Positions 58,539 to 62,909 of a stretch of 62,909 nt of DNA are shown in pieces. Position 1 is the stretch's first letter, and the number at the start of each line of letters is the position of its first letter. The DNA comes from Candidatus Nanohaloarchaea archaeon. GTDB lineage: Archaea > Nanohalarchaeota > Nanosalinia > Nanosalinales > Nanosalinaceae. Location: positions 1 through 62,909 of the forward strand of contig JACOQA010000005.1 in assembly GCA_014297435.1 (NCBI GenBank), given 5' to 3'. Under the pieces are notes generated by a model. That model ran no database searches. It saw only the letters and a program-made list of their open reading frames with translations, and had not been told where the DNA came from. The position numbers and the translations under genes are program-made.

Positions 58539-58700
58539 TTAAGCCAGTATTCCCATGTGCAGTGCGATCTCAAGCACTACGATGCCTACTGAGAAGGCTA
58601 TAACCGACTTGGGATCGATCTCGATTCCGTTGTCGCCTTCGTAGTACTGTACGAGTCCTCCCTGGCTGGAAGGCATCTGCACCTGATTGTCTTTGGCCAT
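58539..58700 (-). CDS. secG: Preprotein translocase subunit Sec61beta
   Basis: MPSSQGGLVQYYE...IDPKSV plus TM helix; start reassigned to ATG 58700. Confidence 0.9.
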   Translation of the reverse strand: MAKDNQVQMPSSQGGLVQYYEGDNGIEIDPKSVIAFSVGIVVLEIALHMGILA

Positions 58701-58759
58701 ACAAAGGTAGGGGGCTGAAACCTTCAAAAAGGTTGTTTCATGTTTTGAGTGAAAAACTG

Positions 58760-59115
58760 GTGGAGAAGGCGGTAAGCCCGATTCTGTTTCTACGACCGAA
58801 TTTAACTCCGGCGGAACCCTTTGAAGGGCTCCACGCTGCACCCGATTTTTCAGGGCTTGCCACACGGTTCGGACCACGTTTCAACGCTCCCCACCGAAAC
58901 CTCATCTAAGGATTCATCGTATAATCGATGGGACGTGTCGTTTCTGCTGCCCACGACCATGACTACACCCACTATTAAGTGAGCTTGTGCTTAGGTCTGT
59001 TCCTCCCGGAACACGGATCTTGGCATCCGCTCCGTACAATATGTGGTCGGGACTTTCCTCACTCAACGCTCTCATTTGAGACCTGCGCCAGCGGGATCGA
59101 CCACACCTTCTCCAC
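58760..59115 (-). ncRNA. rnpB: RNase P RNA
   Basis: GAGGAAAGTCC, GCAGAAAC, TGAAAC, GCAAG and AACAGAATCGGGCTTA conserved regions in order; terminal P1 GTGGAGAAGG/CCTTCTCCAC. Confidence 0.93.
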
Positions 59116-59150
59116 ACACGTTATAGAGCCGGAAAAGTTTTAACTCAAAC

Positions 59151-59528
59151 CTATCTTTGCTCGTCCTCAATATTCTCGATATGTGGTTCGACCAGGTACG
59201 TGTTCGCCTTCTTTTTCTTCTTCACAAGACTTCTAGAATGAAGCTCGTTTACAGCATTAGAAACAGTGGCTTTAGAAACATTCAGCTTAGAAGGAAGATC
59301 GCTTTGAAGCTCAGGCTCATCTAAAACGGTTTCAAGAGTTTCCTCGGCTCTTCTTGAAAGCCCTATATTATCGATCTTGAGATCGGGTCCTTCTTCCAGC
59401 GTTTCCTGACCGATCTTCAACTTCAATTTCCTAATATACCATCCTGAGACGCCTAGCAAGGCCAGAGATGCACCTAGGAACATGTAGATTAGTGGTGCTA
59501 TCTGTGCCTCAGGAAACGGTGCGACCAT
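59151..59528 (-). CDS. Membrane-anchored winged-HTH protein
   Basis: N-terminal TM; LQSDLPSKLNVSKATVSNAVNEL wHTH. Confidence 0.78.
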   Translation of the reverse strand: MVAPFPEAQIAPLIYMFLGASLALLGVSGWYIRKLKLKIGQETLEEGPDLKIDNIGLSRRAEETLETVLDEPELQSDLPSKLNVSKATVSNAVNELHSRSLVKKKKKANTYLVEPHIENIEDEQR

Positions 59529-59561
59529 ATTACAATTCTTTTAGAAAAAGAGAATTAAGAG

Positions 59562-60479
59562 TTAAGGGAGCCTGAGTTCTGAACCCGTGGAAGAACCCGA
59601 ATCCTCCTGTTTAGAGGTTTTGGAACTTTCTTTCAACTGCTTCAACTCGTTTGTAAGTTTCTCAGCTTTTTTCTTTACTTCTTCAGCTTCTTTACTTAGG
59701 TTCTCAGTTTCTGAGGTCTTGTTTTCCATCCTTTCAACAGCTTTCTTCGTCCTGTTCAACAGTCTCTCGGTTTTATTCGCTTTCTCATGAACAATACTTT
59801 TCGACTTGTTAACCGGTCGTCCTGAGATGTTTTTCGCTGTTTCAACCGCTTTCCCTGTCCTGTTCGCCAGTCTTTCCGATTTGTTTTCTAACTTTCCTGC
59901 GGCTTTCTCCGACTTTTCCCTGATCTTTTCTGTCAGGTTTTCAATCTTCTCTGCCGGCTTACCGGGGTTTTCAGGCCTTCCTATATCGTTCCTAGGTCCT
60001 TTCGCAACCTTATTGGCTCTGTTCAAACTGTTCTCTATGGCGTTTCTCAAGCCTTTTTTCGACTGTTCCGGAGCATTTTGCTCGACTCTCTGCAGTACTT
60101 CTACCTGTTTCCGCGTAACATTATCCAGTTTAGAGGATAGCTCTGTCGAGTTAGCTTTCTCCGCGGCATCCATCGACTTATTCAGACCTTGGCTGTACTG
60201 CTCCATCAAGTCTTCTGCTTTCTGTGTTCTGTTCTGTTCTATCAGTTTTTTGGCTTCTGCTAGTCTCTCCTCAGCGTGGTTCGTCCTAATCTTGGCTTCG
60301 AGCTCGGAACTTCCGACAACAGGAAGTGATGCGACCGTTAACTCAAGTGATTCAGAGAAACGGTCGAAGCTGTAGAAAAGATCTCCTGGTGTGGAACCTG
60401 GATCCATTATTGTGGACTGCGCTGCAGCTCCTCCTACCATTACAAGCAGCGAAAATCCGATTATCAAACTTTTCTTCAT
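59562..60479 (-). CDS. Secreted DUF5667-like helical protein
   Basis: Signal peptide; PGDLFYSFDRFSESLEL...AEERLAEA; coiled-coil tail. Confidence 0.78.
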   Translation of the reverse strand: MKKSLIIGFSLLVMVGGAAAQSTIMDPGSTPGDLFYSFDRFSESLELTVASLPVVGSSELEAKIRTNHAEERLAEAKKLIEQNRTQKAEDLMEQYSQGLNKSMDAAEKANSTELSSKLDNVTRKQVEVLQRVEQNAPEQSKKGLRNAIENSLNRANKVAKGPRNDIGRPENPGKPAEKIENLTEKIREKSEKAAGKLENKSERLANRTGKAVETAKNISGRPVNKSKSIVHEKANKTERLLNRTKKAVERMENKTSETENLSKEAEEVKKKAEKLTNELKQLKESSKTSKQEDSGSSTGSELRLP

Positions 60480-60706
60480 TATTTTTCACCTCAAAGATTC
60501 TTTCTCCAAATTTAAATCACTGGTTTTTAGACCCGGATTGCCCGGGTCGACTTGCTTTTGTGCGTGTAACTAGGGTTGTCACAGCACTCAGCATTCCTCT
60601 CGATCATGCTGGCTGTACCTTTCAAGCCGTGCCTGGTCTTAAGCACAGCCATTCTCTGCTTCTCACCGCATTTACGGCAGACAAACTCTGTCTTATTCAC
60701 TTTATG

Positions 60707-61513
60707 TCACCTCAGTTCTACTTCAGCCGAAACATCCGACTTGGAGCTAACCGAATCTTCTCCCACTTCGGCGTTAAGCGAAGTCTCTGCGTTTACCTCA
60801 GCTTTTGAACCATTACTATCTTCGGAACTTTCTGACTCGGTTTCTGCTTCAAGCCTGAACTTGAGCTCTGTTTCTGAATCATTTTTCTCAACTTCTACTT
60901 CGAACTCTTCAGACTCGGGAACTGTAACTTTGATCTGTCCTTCTGCATCCGTCTTGCCTACTACCTCTCCGTTGACCTTGACCTCTGCATTTTCGACAGC
61001 GGTGCCGTTTCTCTCAACTATTACTGAAACGTTCTGGTTTGCTGAGACATTACCTTCAACTCTTGCCTCAATCTCTGCCTGTACTTCGGTTTCTTCACTG
61101 TCTCCTACAAAGATGTTCTTCACAAAGTCGACGATAGTCTCTCCATCCTTCTTTACTTCATGCTTAACTGTCTTAGTTCCGTTTTCTACGTCTACGGAAT
61201 GATTAACTTGGGCTCCTGCTGAAGCCTTTGCGGACTTACCTTTCTCCGCCTTATCTCTGTTCGAAGGTCCGACCTCTACGTCTGCGTTAGCCTTCGCATC
61301 AACTTTCTTCTCTACGGAGGTAAGTCTCTGCTCTATCTGTGCGAGCCTGTCACTTATCGAGTTCAACTGGCTCATGATCGAACCGAATACTCCTGTGTTG
61401 GCGGAAGCCTTTGCCTCCATCTGTGCGTCTGTACTTGTTTGTTGTGCGGCTGCGGGCGCTGTAAAACCAACCAGCATCAGTGCCGCGACCAGTAGTGTTG
61501 TGTGTCGTTTCAT
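60707..61513 (-). CDS. Secreted protein with coiled coil and beta-sandwich domain
   Basis: Signal peptide; AVENAEVKVNGEVVGKTDAEG. Confidence 0.75.
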   Translation of the reverse strand: MKRHTTLLVAALMLVGFTAPAAAQQTSTDAQMEAKASANTGVFGSIMSQLNSISDRLAQIEQRLTSVEKKVDAKANADVEVGPSNRDKAEKGKSAKASAGAQVNHSVDVENGTKTVKHEVKKDGETIVDFVKNIFVGDSEETEVQAEIEARVEGNVSANQNVSVIVERNGTAVENAEVKVNGEVVGKTDAEGQIKVTVPESEEFEVEVEKNDSETELKFRLEAETESESSEDSNGSKAEVNAETSLNAEVGEDSVSSKSDVSAEVELR

Positions 61514-61750
61514 TTTCGAGTCACCGAGAGAGAAAAAGGCTGAGAAGCCTTAAATGGCGTTTCCAGAAACGAACGTTTAATTCCGTTAAATATGCGTTCA
61601 ATAGGGTTTAACAAGAGGGAATAGGTGTTCAGTTTTGTTTAAAGGGCACACGAATAAAGATAGAAGTTGTTTTTTGGTTAGGGCTTTCGGCGTGGTGGGG
61701 CGGCAATCTCAACAACTAATAAAAAAGTTTGTTTATAATCTAATCCTAGA

Positions 61751-62440
61751 ATGGGACAACTCTACTATAATGTATCGCCGGGGGATGTTCAAAGACTTTG
61801 TTCTCTAGTTTCTAGAGGCTACGATAAACAGTCGGAGATAACTAGCGATGGGCACTTTAGATCATCTGAACTTTCAAAGGCTGTAGGTATAGCTAGAGTA
61901 TTCGGTTTAATTAACAATGGAAGCACACCCTTAGAGTTAACAACAAGAGGTAAAGAAATACTAAAATCCGACTCTAGAAATGACGCTTATAGGAAGGGTA
62001 TAGAGGATGATGATCTTTACTCTAAGATAATTGATGAAGTAATTGACGTAGCTTCAAAGGGTAATGGTGCTGTTCCCAAGTCGAGAATTGCTACTATACT
62101 GGAAAAATACTCTGATCAAGATCTTAGCTCTAATTCTCTTGGTTATGCTGCAAGAGATGCGATGAAGTTTTTTGAGGCAGCAGGTTATGGAGAGTACAGG
62201 CGTGTGCCAGGTAAGAAGAGTAGCTTTGAGGTTTACAGTGACCTAATGGAGGATAGGGACGATCAAGCAGAAGTTGAGAATGCGCCTATTGAAAATGCAG
62301 TTATACAGCTGAGGGGTGATGCTCGTATAGACGTCGATAGGAAGGAAGATAAAACGACTATAGAAATACCGAGATCAGATTTCGATATATCAGAGCTGTC
62401 AAAGGTAGTTAGTAAAATAGAAAAGACGGCAGAGGATTGA
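61751..62440 (+). CDS. Hypothetical protein with wHTH-like segments, atypical codon use
   Basis: 229-aa ORF; FGLI...LELTTRGKEIL wHTH-like motif. Confidence 0.65.
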   Translation: MGQLYYNVSPGDVQRLCSLVSRGYDKQSEITSDGHFRSSELSKAVGIARVFGLINNGSTPLELTTRGKEILKSDSRNDAYRKGIEDDDLYSKIIDEVIDVASKGNGAVPKSRIATILEKYSDQDLSSNSLGYAARDAMKFFEAAGYGEYRRVPGKKSSFEVYSDLMEDRDDQAEVENAPIENAVIQLRGDARIDVDRKEDKTTIEIPRSDFDISELSKVVSKIEKTAED

Positions 62441-62459
62441 AGAAATCCAAGAAGGGTAT

Positions 62460-62526
62460 TGGGGGCGAAAAGGACGGGCGGAGTCTTGAACCTGCGGGAC
62501 CGCCTGCGTCGTCTACGGCCGCCCCC
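62460..62526 (-). ncRNA. Unassigned 67-nt GC-rich structured RNA (5S-like 5' end)
   Basis: GGGGGCG/CGCCCCC terminal stem, inner GACG/CGTC and GGCGG/CCGCC helices; TTTAAAAA box about 35 nt upstream on the minus strand; downstream of 23S. Confidence 0.55.
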
Positions 62527-62706
62527 GCTCTTCTTTACTACGTATTTAACAAGAATTTTTAAAAGTCTTAGCTTCTCTCTGTCGGTTTTTAGAAAAATTA
62601 AGTTGAGAAGTTCATATTCTTTTTCGGTTCGACACACTGTTCAACCGGTTCCAACACTCAAGCACTAATGTTAGAGCTCAAGCTGGTGGCAACCAATTGA
62701 TTGGTT

Positions 62707-62909
62707 GGAACCCACGATTAGTAGTGGTCGGCTGAAAGTCTCGTTGCCTTGACTCGTACACCGCCACTCTATCAAACCCGTCTTCTACGGGAGTGGAAAC
62801 GGTCTCTTTTAGAGGGAGCTTTCAAGCTTAGATGCTTTCAGCTCTTACGCTCGTGAGGCGTGGCTACTCGGCACCGCCCTTCCGGACGACCGATACACCA
62901 GAGGCCTCA
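62707..62909 (-). rRNA. rrl: 23S rRNA, 3' end (truncated by window)
   Basis: Reverse complement contains CCTCTGGTGTA, GCTGAAAGCATCTAAG and ACTAAT domain VI motifs; 3' end approximate. Confidence 0.95.

Noticed and set aside
58376-59117. ORFs 58376-58573, 58398-58592, 58914-59117 and the N-terminal extension of 58539-58877
   Set aside because: They overlap tRNA-Arg or RNase P RNA
59587-61202. Long + strand Ser/Phe/Leu-rich ORFs
   Set aside because: Antisense shadows of the acidic/Lys-rich minus-strand genes, as with most short overlapping ORFs in the track
62460-62526. tRNA-Cys or tmRNA
   Set aside because: No D-arm, no 7-nt anticodon loop, T-stem does not pair, and no tag ORF
62263-62668. 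ORFs 62263-62637 and 62459-62668
   Set aside because: They run through the GC-rich RNA element and rRNA trailer; Arg-rich and not protein-like

Overview
Chromosomal segment of a halophilic DPANN archaeon, most likely a nanohaloarchaeon (inferred from the acidic proteome, compact and often leaderless genes, and archaeal informational genes). Layout: (1) 1-4.1 kb, the end of a LamG protein and a decayed integrated element (Xer-type recombinase, fragmented D5/P4 primase-helicase, RHH and HTH regulators). (2) 4.1-15 kb, housekeeping genes (DsbB, D-hydroxyacid dehydrogenase, NMD3-aIF1A-RIO1-KH-top6BA, a bacterial-type AspRS, intron-containing tRNA-Asn). (3) 15-22.6 kb, an accessory stretch (AAA_14/DUF4143 ATPase, toxin-antitoxin remnants, two large surface proteins). 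(4) 22.6-31.5 kb, the PolB2 operon, redox enzymes, deoxyhypusine synthase, an IS200/605 TnpB remnant and tRNA-Phe. (5) 31.5-54.7 kb, a surface island next to a type IV pilus locus. (6) 54.7-62.9 kb, argS, agmatinase, tRNA-Arg, Sec61beta, RNase P RNA, secreted proteins, an unexplained 67-nt structured RNA and the 3' end of 23S rRNA. The best candidate for an undescribed system is in block 5: repeated cassettes, each led by a Sec-exported fibre protein with a conserved 'HPLSQ..P.D.DLNM...DIFNV.EL' leader (four copies). In two cassettes it is followed by a twin-arginine protein ending in half of a phage tail-fibre motif, a signal-less glycine-rich adhesin-like protein and a paralogous GNAT-like protein. 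These are interleaved with an sxtIJK-like carbamoyltransferase/SGNH/acyl-CoA-ligase module and two pilins, and may form a modular host-attachment apparatus. All family calls come from motif recognition by eye; no database searches were run.
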